Shown piece by piece: positions 6,301-15,729 of a stretch of 26,175 nt of DNA. Position 1 is the stretch's first letter. The number at the start of each line of letters is the position of its first letter. The position numbers were made by a program, and so were the translations under genes. Below the pieces are notes generated by a model. It had not been told where the DNA came from, searched no databases, and saw only the letters and a program-made list of their open reading frames with translations. Origin of the DNA: a virus (lineage: Duplodnaviria; Caudoviricetes); the IMG/VR virus record IMGVR_UViG_3300033067_001491, positions 1-26,175 of that record, one strand, 5' to 3'.

Positions 6301-9038
6301 GGCGCGAAGTTCCTCGTTGCGCGCGTGCCGCCGTCGATCGTGACGCGGCCTCCGCTGCGCGCGATGTACGCATAGCGAAGCTGCGCGGTCGTGAGGCCCG
6401 CCGTCGTGGAGTCAGCGAAAAGCAGGTTCCACACGGACGCACCGGGCACCCACGCGGAATCCGTGGTCAACGTGACGTCGTTGCCGCTGACCGAGACGAC
6501 GGTGCCAGTGCGGATCGTGGGGATCGAGGCGTCCCACTCCATCAGCCGGACCATCATGCCCGCGACGAAGAACGACGCATCGACGACCGCGCCACCGGGG
6601 CCGTACTCGTCAGCGTCGAGCGTGACCGTCCACGCGGTGCCCGCCCCGCTCGTCGCCGTGACGCGCCCGGTCGGCGTGTATCCCGCGACGTCGAGCGCGT
6701 CAAAGTCGATGTCCAGCATGATCGCGGGTTCGTTCGCGTCCCACGAGCGCCCCGTGATCGTGCCGCGCGTCGAGACGATGCCGCCGCCGCCGCCGTCGAT
6801 GCCGCGCTCGCCGTCGTAGGGAAGCTGCGGGATGGTCGCGTAGACGACATCGCCGATCATCGCGTTGCAGAAGGTCGCGCGGACCGAGATCGAGACGCGC
6901 GCGCGCTGCTTGCTCCACATCGAGACGGGCGCTTGCAGGTGCGACCAGAGCGCCTCGAAATCGGGCTCGCTGCCAGCGGCGCGCGTCTTCGGCGCGATCT
7001 CGAGCGCGAGCCGTGCGCGCTGCGCGGAGAGCGCCGCGAGCATCGTGAGCTCGTACACCTGGCCCTTGTGCTCGTCCTCGATCGCGTCGTAGCCGGTCCG
7101 CACGGTCAGGCCCGTGAGGATGCCGTCGGGCTCCACCACGATCTCGCCGAAGGAGTCGTCGTTGATGAGGTCGCTCGACGCGAGGACGTGGTCCTCGTCG
7201 AGTCGCGCCGCGAGGGGGCGCAGCGTGATCCGTCCGTTGGCGTCGGTCGCGAAGAAGAGGCCGTAGAGGCGGCACTCGTGCTTGATGATGTCGGCGAACC
7301 GCACCGCCGACGCGAAGTGGTAGTTCCGCGCAAGCAGCCACGGTCGACCATTCGCGGCCTCGAGCACCGCGGCCTCAAGCGTCGCGTAGCTCGCGAAGTC
7401 GTCGGAGAGCAGGAACGGCACGACGCCCGCGTTCGCGTTGTCCACCGCGTCAGCGGTCACCTCGGCGATGAACGCCGCGAGGTGCGTCGCGTCGCCGTAG
7501 CTGCGGACGAGCGAGACCGTCGGCGAGGTCGACGGCGTGACCAGCGTCCAGATCCCGCGGTCGCCCACGAGCGGCGCGATCGGTCCGGTGCCCCACGAGA
7601 GCGGAGCCATGCGATCGGGGTCGATCTCGACCCATCCCTCGCCCGCGTTGACCGTGGCGATCGGCGCTTGCCACGGAGCGAAGAGGCCGTCCTCGGCAGG
7701 CGTCACGCGGATCGGGTCATCGACCGCGAGGCCCGAGGTGCTCGCGAGGTAGAGCCGATACCACGGCCACGCCGCGATCTCGCTCGGCTCGTCGGGCGGG
7801 CCGCCCCATGCGTAGTACTGCCCACGCGGGACGCCGCGCGCGCCCTCCGTGACCTTGTCTCCGGACGGGCCCCATTCGGGCACGGAGTGGCCGCGCCATG
7901 CACACCAGTACTCGTGATCGGGCGACGCTGCGGCGAGCGGCAGCGTGGAGCCGAGCTCGTACAGCTCGCCCGTGAACTCGCCGTCGCACGCGGAGCCGAA
8001 GAAGACCGAGATGTAGGCGGCCGTCGGCGTCGCCGTTGTGACGAACAGCTCCCACTCGCTGCCGACGGGGCGCGCGGAGAAGGTGACGCCCCAGCCGGAG
8101 ATCGTGGCGTTCGCGTTGAGCGCGTCCTGCAGGTCGGCGCAGAATGCCTCCTGTGTCTCCCAGAAGCCCGAGAGGATCACCGCGCTCGACGCCGTGATCG
8201 GGTCCGTGTACGCGTCGCCGGTGCGCTTGCCGACGCTGACGCGCAGGGGCGACGCGCCGGGGTAGTAGATGCCGCGGAAGGCAGCTTGCCCCTCGCGCGG
8301 GCCGACGTCGGAGTCCATCAGCGATGTGAGCGGCGCGAGGCCGAAGCTCCACGTCGTGCCCTCGCTGAGCTGCGGCGCGCTCGCGATGACACCGCGGGCG
8401 ACAAGCGTGCCTGTCGTGCCGAGGCCGAGTTCGCTCGGGCCGTGCCCGTAGATCCACACCCGCCGTCGTCGGTAGGTCGGGGGCGCGTCGTAGATCGGGC
8501 AGACGATCGAGCGGTCGCCCGTGAGCGTCGAGACCGCGACGAAGTGCCCTTGCGCGGCCGTGTTCCACATGCCGCGCGTGACGTTGATCGTGAGCGAGCC
8601 GCCGATCGAATCGACGCGAAACGCTTCGGTGTCGATGTGGTAGACGGTGCCGACCGTGAACGCCGACGAGTCACGCACGGAGAACGCGGTATCGCTCGCG
8701 GTCGCGCTGGCGAGGAGGAAGCCGACGGCGCGCGGGATCTTAGAGAAGACCGACGACGCCGCGCGCAGGTTCCACGCGACCGACTCGTCTGTGTCCTCGA
8801 TGACGACGGAGCCTAGCGTGGCCTTGTAGTCGGCTCCGGGCAGGTAACAGCTCTCGGTGAACGCGAGACCATCGCGGAGCAGCCCGCCGACGCGGAGCAG
8901 CCCCGCCGCAGCGCCGCCGCCGACGACGGGCCCAGCCATCGCGTGCGTCGTGCAGAACTGCAGCGGGCAGCCCTCAATAGCAACGCGGTACTCCGCGAGG
9001 CCCGAGCCGGTCGCGAGGTACTCTGCGAACGTGCTCAC
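6297..9038 (-). CDS. Large tail tip protein (hub/central fibre candidate), 913 aa
   Basis: GTG 9038 overlaps the upstream TGA (MSTFAEYLATG). Size and position after the tape measure fit, as does the hub-like segment LYGLFFATDANGRITLRPL. Confidence 0.75.
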   Translation of the reverse strand: MSTFAEYLATGSGLAEYRVAIEGCPLQFCTTHAMAGPVVGGGAAAGLLRVGGLLRDGLAFTESCYLPGADYKATLGSVVIEDTDESVAWNLRAASSVFSKIPRAVGFLLASATASDTAFSVRDSSAFTVGTVYHIDTEAFRVDSIGGSLTINVTRGMWNTAAQGHFVAVSTLTGDRSIVCPIYDAPPTYRRRRVWIYGHGPSELGLGTTGTLVARGVIASAPQLSEGTTWSFGLAPLTSLMDSDVGPREGQAAFRGIYYPGASPLRVSVGKRTGDAYTDPITASSAVILSGFWETQEAFCADLQDALNANATISGWGVTFSARPVGSEWELFVTTATPTAAYISVFFGSACDGEFTGELYELGSTLPLAAASPDHEYWCAWRGHSVPEWGPSGDKVTEGARGVPRGQYYAWGGPPDEPSEIAAWPWYRLYLASTSGLAVDDPIRVTPAEDGLFAPWQAPIATVNAGEGWVEIDPDRMAPLSWGTGPIAPLVGDRGIWTLVTPSTSPTVSLVRSYGDATHLAAFIAEVTADAVDNANAGVVPFLLSDDFASYATLEAAVLEAANGRPWLLARNYHFASAVRFADIIKHECRLYGLFFATDANGRITLRPLAARLDEDHVLASSDLINDDSFGEIVVEPDGILTGLTVRTGYDAIEDEHKGQVYELTMLAALSAQRARLALEIAPKTRAAGSEPDFEALWSHLQAPVSMWSKQRARVSISVRATFCNAMIGDVVYATIPQLPYDGERGIDGGGGGIVSTRGTITGRSWDANEPAIMLDIDFDALDVAGYTPTGRVTATSGAGTAWTVTLDADEYGPGGAVVDASFFVAGMMVRLMEWDASIPTIRTGTVVSVSGNDVTLTTDSAWVPGASVWNLLFADSTTAGLTTAQLRYAYIARSGGRVTIDGGTRATRNFAP

Positions 9039-9760
9039 AGCGTCGCCAGGTAGGCGTCCAGGTCGGTGATGTCCTGGTCGCTCGTCGTGTGCCCGACGGC
9101 CATCAGGACGTGCTTGATGCGACCGTCCCAGAGCTGCGCGCCGCCCTCGTACGCGCCGATCAGCACCTTGTTCGTGGTGTTCGACAGCGTCGCGGGGATC
9201 GTGCCGGTGTAGCTCGGCGAGCCTTCCACGCCGTCCACGTAGCAACGCAGTCGGCCCGCGTTGCCCGTGCCGCCGCCGTCGTAGCGCCAAATCACGCGCA
9301 CCGCCGTGCCCGCGCCGATCACGCCCGCGGTCTCGCCGAACGCCGAGCCGGGAGCGCCGCAGTGGAAGCGGAAGGCCGTCGCGTTCGTCTGCGTGCTCCA
9401 CGAGCCCGCGCCGGTCGTGCTCTTCGAGATCGGGACGTTGTTGCCCGAGGCGACGTCGGGCTTCATCACGAGTCCGACAACGAGAGTCGCGAGCGCGCCG
9501 CCGCCGTCGAGGCTCGCGTCATCGGCGATCTCGAGTCGGTTCCCTGCGCCGTCGAAGATCACGCCGTCCGCATCCTTCGTGAAGCCGCTCACCGCGACGT
9601 CCGACGCGTCGTTGCCGTTGCCGCTGTCGTCGCTCCACACGTCGGTGGTCGCGTTGAAGTTGGCGAGGAGCAAGTTCAACGCGAGGTTCGCGCCGAAGAT
9701 GCTCGCGGGCGTGGGGTCCTCCGCGGCCTTCTTGCCGCCTGCCATGACGAGGGCAGTCAT
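9035..9760 (-). CDS. LamG/concanavalin A-like lectin-domain virion protein, 241 aa
   Basis: ATG 9760 (TGATG). Motifs VWSDDSGNGNDA, VIFDG, LRCYVDG, VLIGA, WDGRI and ITDLDAYL match phage LamG-like domains. Confidence 0.8.
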   Translation of the reverse strand: MTALVMAGGKKAAEDPTPASIFGANLALNLLLANFNATTDVWSDDSGNGNDASDVAVSGFTKDADGVIFDGAGNRLEIADDASLDGGGALATLVVGLVMKPDVASGNNVPISKSTTGAGSWSTQTNATAFRFHCGAPGSAFGETAGVIGAGTAVRVIWRYDGGGTGNAGRLRCYVDGVEGSPSYTGTIPATLSNTTNKVLIGAYEGGAQLWDGRIKHVLMAVGHTTSDQDITDLDAYLATL

Positions 9761-10332
9761 CAGATGGTCCCGCCCGAGACGATCCAGTTGGTGCCGTCGG
9801 TGGTGATGTGCCACTCTCCGCGCGCCGCGCTGCCGCTGTCGGTCAGAACGAAAGACGCGGCCGTGCCGTTGATGCTCTCGGAGCCGGTCCGCACGAGCGT
9901 GATCGCGTTCGCGCCTGCGTGGCTCTTGATCACGAGGTACTGTCGCCCGTCGTGGTTCGTCGGCGAGGGCAGGGTCAAGTTGATGGTGTTCGCCGTGACC
10001 CAGACGATCTCATCGCGCGCGGCGAAACTGTCCGAGGCGCTCACGCTGCGCCGTGGAGTGCGCGTCACGGGGACGACGACCGAGTCCTCGAGGAAGAGGC
10101 TCGGCTCCGCGCGCCCGCCGACGGCGACCGCGTAGAGCTTGACGACGTCGGTCGTCGCAGTCGGCGCGCTGCCCGCCTGCTCGATGGACCACACTGTCGC
10201 GCTGATGGACGCGAGCGCGGCAATCGCGCCCGTCGTCGTCTGGACGTTCGCGCCGCCCTGGACGGCGGGCACGAGCTCGGCCCCGGTGAGGGTGCCCGCT
10301 GCTGCCTCGTCGCTGATCTTCGTGTCGGCCAT
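9760..10332 (-). CDS. Short tail fibre protein, 190 aa
   Basis: N-terminal MADTKISD...LTGAELVPAVQGG anchor-type motif; C-terminal LTLPSP...GRQYLVIK...ANAITL...ESING...TDGTNW fibre domain; GGGAG RBS. Confidence 0.8.
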   Translation of the reverse strand: MADTKISDEAAAGTLTGAELVPAVQGGANVQTTTGAIAALASISATVWSIEQAGSAPTATTDVVKLYAVAVGGRAEPSLFLEDSVVVPVTRTPRRSVSASDSFAARDEIVWVTANTINLTLPSPTNHDGRQYLVIKSHAGANAITLVRTGSESINGTAASFVLTDSGSAARGEWHITTDGTNWIVSGGTI

Positions 10333-10334
10333 CG

Positions 10335-11171
10335 CTACTCCCTCAGAATCCGCGAGCCGTCCTCGCGAAGCAGGTAGAACGCATCCTCACGAAGCACCGC
10401 AGCGGGCTCGGAGAGGCTGCCAATGCGGACCGCGGAAACGCGGACCTTCCACGCGAAGTCGCCGTCCGGAAACTGGCGCTCGTGCGTGCTGTCGTCGTAG
10501 TCCGGCGTGCGTAGCTGCCAGACGCCCGCGGGCTCCGTGTCGGCCGTGTGCGGCTGCACGAGCACGAACTCTTGCCACCGCCCCGCGTGCAGCCACAGCG
10601 ACTCCCACGTCCACGGGACGGCAGTCGTTGCCGCGTAGTCGAAGACCGCCGCGAGCGGCTCGTGCCAATGCTCCCACTGGCCCACTACGACCGGCTGCGA
10701 GCGGCCGAGCGCGTAGCCGCGGCCGTCGTCCGCCTGTCGCCGCGTCGTGGTCTGCTCGTGGCGCAGGCCCGAGTAGCGGGACCGCCCGTCGATGAGCGGG
10801 ACGATCACGTAGTACGGGCGCACCGTGCTCGTGTGCGAGGTCGCGGTGGCTCCGGCGGTGAAGCCGAGGATCGCCTTCATCACGTCGCCCGCGTCGCTCG
10901 ACGGGAAGCCGATCGCGAAGCTGCCGCCGCCGTCGCTCAGCGTGTAGGTATGCGTCGTGGTCGAGTAGCTGACGCTCGCAGTCGCGCTGGCCTCGAGCGC
11001 GGCGGTCGCGAGCGCGGCGGCGAACTCCTCGGCGAGCGTTGTGCCATCGACGGCGAGCAGCACATGGGCGAAGCGGCCCGTGCTCACGGTGACGTCAATG
11101 CCGCCCCACGTCATCGTGGCGACGCCGATGCGCTCCATTCGGAAGCTGCTCAGGAGGTACACGTCACCCAC
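10335..11171 (-). CDS. Minor tail protein (distal-tail position), 278 aa
   Basis: Immediately follows and overlaps the tape measure gene; ends in tandem LRED motifs. Confidence 0.7.
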   Translation of the reverse strand: MGDVYLLSSFRMERIGVATMTWGGIDVTVSTGRFAHVLLAVDGTTLAEEFAAALATAALEASATASVSYSTTTHTYTLSDGGGSFAIGFPSSDAGDVMKAILGFTAGATATSHTSTVRPYYVIVPLIDGRSRYSGLRHEQTTTRRQADDGRGYALGRSQPVVVGQWEHWHEPLAAVFDYAATTAVPWTWESLWLHAGRWQEFVLVQPHTADTEPAGVWQLRTPDYDDSTHERQFPDGDFAWKVRVSAVRIGSLSEPAAVLREDAFYLLREDGSRILRE

Positions 11172-12954
11172 CCATCAGCGAGGGATCGAGACGGCGACCC
11201 TCGCGCCCCGCGCTGTTGAGCGCATCGACGAGGCCCGCCTCGACGTCGCGCTGCGTGATGTAGCCGCCGGGGTAGACGTTGATCACCATCGGCTGCGAGG
11301 GCTGTTGCTGCGCGCTCGCGTCGCTTGGTGTCACCGCGGTCGAGGGCGCGGCATCCTTGCCTCCACCGCCGCCGAAGCCGCCCATGGCAGCGCCCGCAGC
11401 GCCAGCGACGCCACCGACGGCAGCCCACGCGGCAGCCGCCGCGAGGTGGGCCGCGCCGCCTGCGTAGTCCTGCGACGCGATCGACGCGATGCCGCGCGCG
11501 GTCTCCGTGACGGCCTGCACGATCGACTCGATCACGAGCGCCTTGAGGACGCCGCGAACCATGTCCTCGGCGGCCTCGACGAAGCTCTTGCTGCCATCGA
11601 GCCACGCGCCGAGCGCGCTCTCGAACGCGCCGACCATGGTGCCGCCGATGGTGTCCGCGATGCTGTTGCCCGCGGACGTCATCGACATTTCGAGCAGGTC
11701 GGCCTGCGAGCGCATCTGCCCGCCGCTCACGCGGAGCGCGCGGTTCGCGTCGCGCCACGAGTCCACGACGTCATCGATCGAGCCGCGCCACGAGGCCGCG
11801 AACGCGTCGCTTGCCTCGATCGACGCCTGCTCGAGCTCGCGCTGCGTCGCGATGGCCTCGCGTGCAGCCTCTTCGCGGGCGCGCGCGCCTTCCTGCAGGC
11901 GCTCCTTCTCGGCGTCGGCCCGCTCCTGCGCCTTGTCGGCGAGCGTCTGTTCGGCCGCGTCGCGCTCCTCGGCGGCCTTCATCAACTCGGCCTCGACGTC
12001 GCGCCGTCGCGCCATCTCGCGCTCCGCCGCGTCGGTCGTGTTGACGCCGGACGGTCGAGCGCCGCCGCGGTGGCGCCGTCGCTCACGTTCTGCGAGTTCG
12101 GTTTCCGACGTCACCGCGGCCGTGAGCGCGGCAGCCTCGCCTGTGCGCTGACCGTCGGCGGTCGTCTGCTCGCGCGCGATCAACTCCTGCTCGATGGCAG
12201 TCACCTCGGCGCGCAGCCGAGCGATCTCCGCGCGCGAGGTCTCGGCGTTCTGCTCGAACCCGGCAGGCAGCGATGCGGCGCGCTCGCCGAGCAGGCTGCC
12301 CGCGCTGCCGCGAACGACCGAGCCGTCTCCGCGCTCCGAGAGGCCGAAGCCGCGCAGGCGCTCCGCTCGCGCACGCTCCATCTGCAGCACGCGCTGGCGG
12401 CGCTCCTCGGCCCGCTGCTGCAGGTCGTCCGAGCCGATCGCGCCGACCTGGCCCTCGGCGATGTCGCGCTGCGCCGAGAGCTCCCGACGAGCCTCGCGGG
12501 CAGCCGTCGCGAGACCTCGCAGCGCCTCGGCCTGGTTGCGCGCAGCCTCCTCGGCGGCCCTCGACGCGTTGGCCTCGTAGTTGACCGCGGTGTTGAAGGC
12601 GGCGACGGCCACGGTTGCGATCCCGAGCGCCACGCCGAGCGGACCCATCGCGCCCGAGAGCGCGCCGACCGCGCCGCCGAGCTGCGAGATCGCGGAGCCC
12701 GCCGCGCTGCCCGCGGGCGCAAGCGAGCCGAGCTGCGTGGCCATCTGGCCGAGCGCGCCGACAGCCTGCCCGGTGCGCTGGCCTACCTGCTGAACGCTCT
12801 GCCCGAGGCCCGCGACGGCAGCCGAGGAGGAGCGCGCCGCCGCTGTGGTCGTGCGGGCAGCGGTCTCGTTGGCGCGGGCGACACGTCCGACGGTCGCGAT
12901 CGACTCGTCAGCGCCCGTGATGCGGACGCCGAAGTCAAGATCGAAGTCACTCAT
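11164..12954 (-). CDS. Tail tape measure protein, 596 aa
   Basis: Follows the frameshifted chaperone. N-terminal DLDFGVRITG strand, Ala/Gly-rich amphipathic and hydrophobic helices, charged coiled coil, C-terminal MVINVY strand. Confidence 0.88.
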   Translation of the reverse strand: MSDFDLDFGVRITGADESIATVGRVARANETAARTTTAAARSSSAAVAGLGQSVQQVGQRTGQAVGALGQMATQLGSLAPAGSAAGSAISQLGGAVGALSGAMGPLGVALGIATVAVAAFNTAVNYEANASRAAEEAARNQAEALRGLATAAREARRELSAQRDIAEGQVGAIGSDDLQQRAEERRQRVLQMERARAERLRGFGLSERGDGSVVRGSAGSLLGERAASLPAGFEQNAETSRAEIARLRAEVTAIEQELIAREQTTADGQRTGEAAALTAAVTSETELAERERRRHRGGARPSGVNTTDAAEREMARRRDVEAELMKAAEERDAAEQTLADKAQERADAEKERLQEGARAREEAAREAIATQRELEQASIEASDAFAASWRGSIDDVVDSWRDANRALRVSGGQMRSQADLLEMSMTSAGNSIADTIGGTMVGAFESALGAWLDGSKSFVEAAEDMVRGVLKALVIESIVQAVTETARGIASIASQDYAGGAAHLAAAAAWAAVGGVAGAAGAAMGGFGGGGGKDAAPSTAVTPSDASAQQQPSQPMVINVYPGGYITQRDVEAGLVDALNSAGREGRRLDPSLMGG

Positions 12955-13493
12955 CGTCGACCTCGTCCCTTCTTCGCCGCCTGCTTGTTGAGTTCCTGCT
13001 CGCGCTCGCGCTCACGGCGCTTGCGCTCCTCGCGGATGTCGTGCGCCTGCGTGCCGTTGAGCGCGGCGTCGTAGACTTCGAGCCCGCGCACGAGAGCGGC
13101 AGGCGGGTGAGGCCAGAGCGCGGCTAGCTGCCCCGCCTTGAACCAGCGGTAGGCGCGCAGCACCTCGCCCACGAACGGGTCACGGAAGGCCCGCCAGGGG
13201 CACGCGCTGCCGCGCGTCCCGGTGGCCTTCTCGATGCTCGTGAAGATCTGCTCGCTCGGGTCGAGGCCGCCCACGTCGCAGACGCGGAGCGGTCGCTCGA
13301 TGCCGTCGCAATCGCAGCGGTAGCCCTCGCGCAGCTTCCGCGCGAGCGACTCCGCGGGGATGATCGCGGCTAGGTGCTGGGCGTCTCCGTGGGCGTAGCT
13401 TGCTGGAGCGCCGCACGGTGGCGCGCGATCCTGTCCAGCGCGTCCAGCAACGACTGCGGCGTCTCGAAGGGGTCCAAGACGCCGCCCGCCGCG
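12951..13493 (-). CDS. Tail assembly chaperone T segment, reached by -1 frameshift (G-T fusion of about 326 aa from ATG 13930)
   Basis: The -1 frame is open from 13493 to TGA 12951, which overlaps the tape measure ATG, and includes the ORF-track entry 12951..13274. Confidence 0.82.
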   Translation of the reverse strand, partial: RGGRRLGPLRDAAVVAGRAGQDRAPPCGAPASYAHGDAQHLAAIIPAESLARKLREGYRCDCDGIERPLRVCDVGGLDPSEQIFTSIEKATGTRGSACPWRAFRDPFVGEVLRAYRWFKAGQLAALWPHPPAALVRGLEVYDAALNGTQAHDIREERKRREREREQELNKQAAKKGRGRR

Positions 13494-13930
13494 TTTCCCA
13501 GGAGCGCCCGATCACGGATGACCGAGCCGACCTCGTAGAAGACGCGACGACCGAAGACCGCCTGTAGCGCGGTCATCTCGCGGTCGTGCCAGATCAGCTT
13601 GCGGCCGTCGGGCCCCTCGAACGGATGCGTCGGCTTCACCGCGCGACCCTCGGCGGGGCCGGTCATGTCAGCGTGGCGAACTTCCGCGCAGCCCAGCATG
13701 AACGCCCACGCGGTCTTCGCGTCGGCTGACGGCTGCGACTCGCAGATGCCAGCCTCGGCCGACGAGAGCGGGCGGCACACGAAGCGCACGGCCTTGCGAC
13801 CGGGCACCTCGCGCAGCTTCGCGGGGTCGCGGCTGAGCGCGTACGCGAGCCGCTCTTGCTTGGTCATGTCGAGCGCCGCGTCGGCCGCGCTCACGACCTC
13901 GATCGAGCCCACCAGAGAATCGACGTGCAT
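13370..13930 (-). CDS. Tail assembly chaperone G, 186 aa
   Basis: ATG 13930 with GAGGG RBS (MHVDSLVGSIEV); lies between tube and tape measure; carries an in-frame slippery heptamer. Confidence 0.82.
   Translation of the reverse strand: MHVDSLVGSIEVVSAADAALDMTKQERLAYALSRDPAKLREVPGRKAVRFVCRPLSSAEAGICESQPSADAKTAWAFMLGCAEVRHADMTGPAEGRAVKPTHPFEGPDGRKLIWHDREMTALQAVFGRRVFYEVGSVIRDRALLGNAAGGVLDPFETPQSLLDALDRIARHRAALQQATPTETPST
13493..13499 (-). promoter_or_regulatory. -1 ribosomal frameshift site G GGA AAC
   Basis: CTG GGA AAC in the G frame fits X XXY YYZ, in the same genomic position as the lambda G-T shift. Confidence 0.88.
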
Positions 13931-13938
13931 GCCCTCGA

Positions 13939-15195
13939 TCACGCCATCGGGAGACGGAACGGCGCGCGCCGGAAGCTCGTCGTCTGGTCGGTCGAGTTCT
14001 CGTCCTCGAGCGCCTTGCACGTCACGGTCACGCCGCGCAGGCCGTTGCTCTCGGCCTCGACGACGTCCGTGATCTGCAGCGTGCCGCACTCGACGCCGCG
14101 GAGGTCGCCAGCGCCGCCGCCTGCGTACGCCAGCGCGTGGTACTTGGTTCCCGCGTCGCGCGCGGTGCGCCAGTCCTTGGCGTTCGTGCCCTCGACGGGA
14201 GCGGTGAAGGAGAGCGTCGGGGCCTCGCCGCGCTGCCGCCACATCTCGCGGATGCCCTGCGTCCCGCTCGCGCACGGGATCGGCGCGTGGACGATCGCGG
14301 GGTTAAAAGTCAGCGACGAGAAGCACACGTGCGTGCGCGTGGTCGCCGACATCGGGCCGAAGAGTAGGCCGCCCTTTCGGAAGACCGTCGGCTCGCCGCC
14401 GTCGTAGGTCGCGGCCGCGATCGCGCTGCCGCCCTGCGGGGTCGCGATGCTGTCGTCGTGGATGTCCTGCGCGCCCGAGAGCGAGGCCGCCCACGTCGGC
14501 TGCTCGCCGAGCGCCATCGCGAACGAGAGCGCCGTGGCCTGCATGCCGCAGAGGAGGAAGATGTGCTCGCGGTTGATCGCGGCCTCCCACAGGATCTGCA
14601 GGTAGGTCTGCGCGACCGACGGCTCCTCGGGGAACGCGTGGAGGCTGTTCAGGATGACCGCGCCGACCGACGGCGTGCCGCTGAGCGCCCACGCGAAGGT
14701 GAGCGTATCGGTCGAGACGGTCTTGATCTTCGTCGGCTCGTAGTCGCCCGCCGAGTTCTGCACCCACACGATGCCGCCCGCGGTGAAGCGCGAGCCCTGC
14801 GCCGCGGTCACCACGCAGCCGGTGGTGCTCGCGCCGGACGCGACGAGTGAGCCCGCGCCGGGGCTGGAGTAGCCGCCGCAGATGGCCTCGAGGACCTGCG
14901 CCTGCTTGGTCTTCGCGGGCGTCGCCGCCGCGTTGATCGCGGAGCCGTAGCCCGTGAAGTAGCTGCGGAGCTCGAAGCTCGGGCGGTCGAAGCCGAGCAC
15001 GTCGAGCGTGCGCTGGAAGTACCGCTGCACGATGCGGCCGTCGGCCACCATCGCCTGCGAAAAGGTCGGCGTCGCCTCCATCGTGCGGAGGTCGTAGAAG
15101 TTGCCGATCGTGCCAGTGCGGTCGATCGCATACGAGCCGTTGGGCTCGATCGAGTAGCGCACGCGGCCGATGCCGGTCTGCATGAAGTCGGTCAC
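13939..15195 (-). CDS. Major tail tube protein with an inserted beta domain, 418 aa
   Basis: GTG start with GAGGTG RBS; N-terminal GRVRYSIEPNGSYA; position between neck genes and chaperone. Confidence 0.75.
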   Translation of the reverse strand: MTDFMQTGIGRVRYSIEPNGSYAIDRTGTIGNFYDLRTMEATPTFSQAMVADGRIVQRYFQRTLDVLGFDRPSFELRSYFTGYGSAINAAATPAKTKQAQVLEAICGGYSSPGAGSLVASGASTTGCVVTAAQGSRFTAGGIVWVQNSAGDYEPTKIKTVSTDTLTFAWALSGTPSVGAVILNSLHAFPEEPSVAQTYLQILWEAAINREHIFLLCGMQATALSFAMALGEQPTWAASLSGAQDIHDDSIATPQGGSAIAAATYDGGEPTVFRKGGLLFGPMSATTRTHVCFSSLTFNPAIVHAPIPCASGTQGIREMWRQRGEAPTLSFTAPVEGTNAKDWRTARDAGTKYHALAYAGGGAGDLRGVECGTLQITDVVEAESNGLRGVTVTCKALEDENSTDQTTSFRRAPFRLPMA

Positions 15196-15204
15196 GAGAG
15201 CACC

Positions 15205-15729
15205 TCAGATCGAGAGGGTGATGGAGATCGGATAGAGGTCGGTCCACGTCAGAAAGGCGCGGCCCGTTGGCTCGGTCGGCCCGACGCTGCGATGCCCGCT
15301 CGCCGTGAGCGCACCGCCGTCGATGCCGGTCACATCGAGCGCCGCATTCGTGCTCAGCGCACCGGGCCAGCACAGCGCCGCGCGCACGCGGAGGAGGTCG
15401 TCGGCCGCGAGCTTGCGCGCGCGCTCCCGCTCCTCGTACATGAGCGCGTTCCCAGCGTGGTAGATGCGGACGATCTCGCAGATGCCCGCGAAGCGGATGC
15501 GGTCGCCGGGAGCGATCTCCGGCTGCGGCACGTCGCCGAGGTCGCGGAGCGTCACGAGCACGGCCTTGCCGAGCCGGATAGCCTCGCCCTCGGTGCCCGC
15601 GTCGGCGTTCTTGGCCGCGACGCGGCGGAAGAGGTGCTGCACGTCGATCGCGCGGGTCTTGCCCGTGCTCGTCGTCAGCGCCTCATAGATGGCCTCGTGC
15701 GCCGCATCGAGGCTGGTCGGCAGTGCCAT
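15205..15729 (-). CDS. Putative tail terminator/completion protein, 174 aa
   Basis: ATG 15729 (TGATG overlap); assigned by position and size only. Confidence 0.6.
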   Translation of the reverse strand: MALPTSLDAAHEAIYEALTTSTGKTRAIDVQHLFRRVAAKNADAGTEGEAIRLGKAVLVTLRDLGDVPQPEIAPGDRIRFAGICEIVRIYHAGNALMYEERERARKLAADDLLRVRAALCWPGALSTNAALDVTGIDGGALTASGHRSVGPTEPTGRAFLTWTDLYPISITLSI

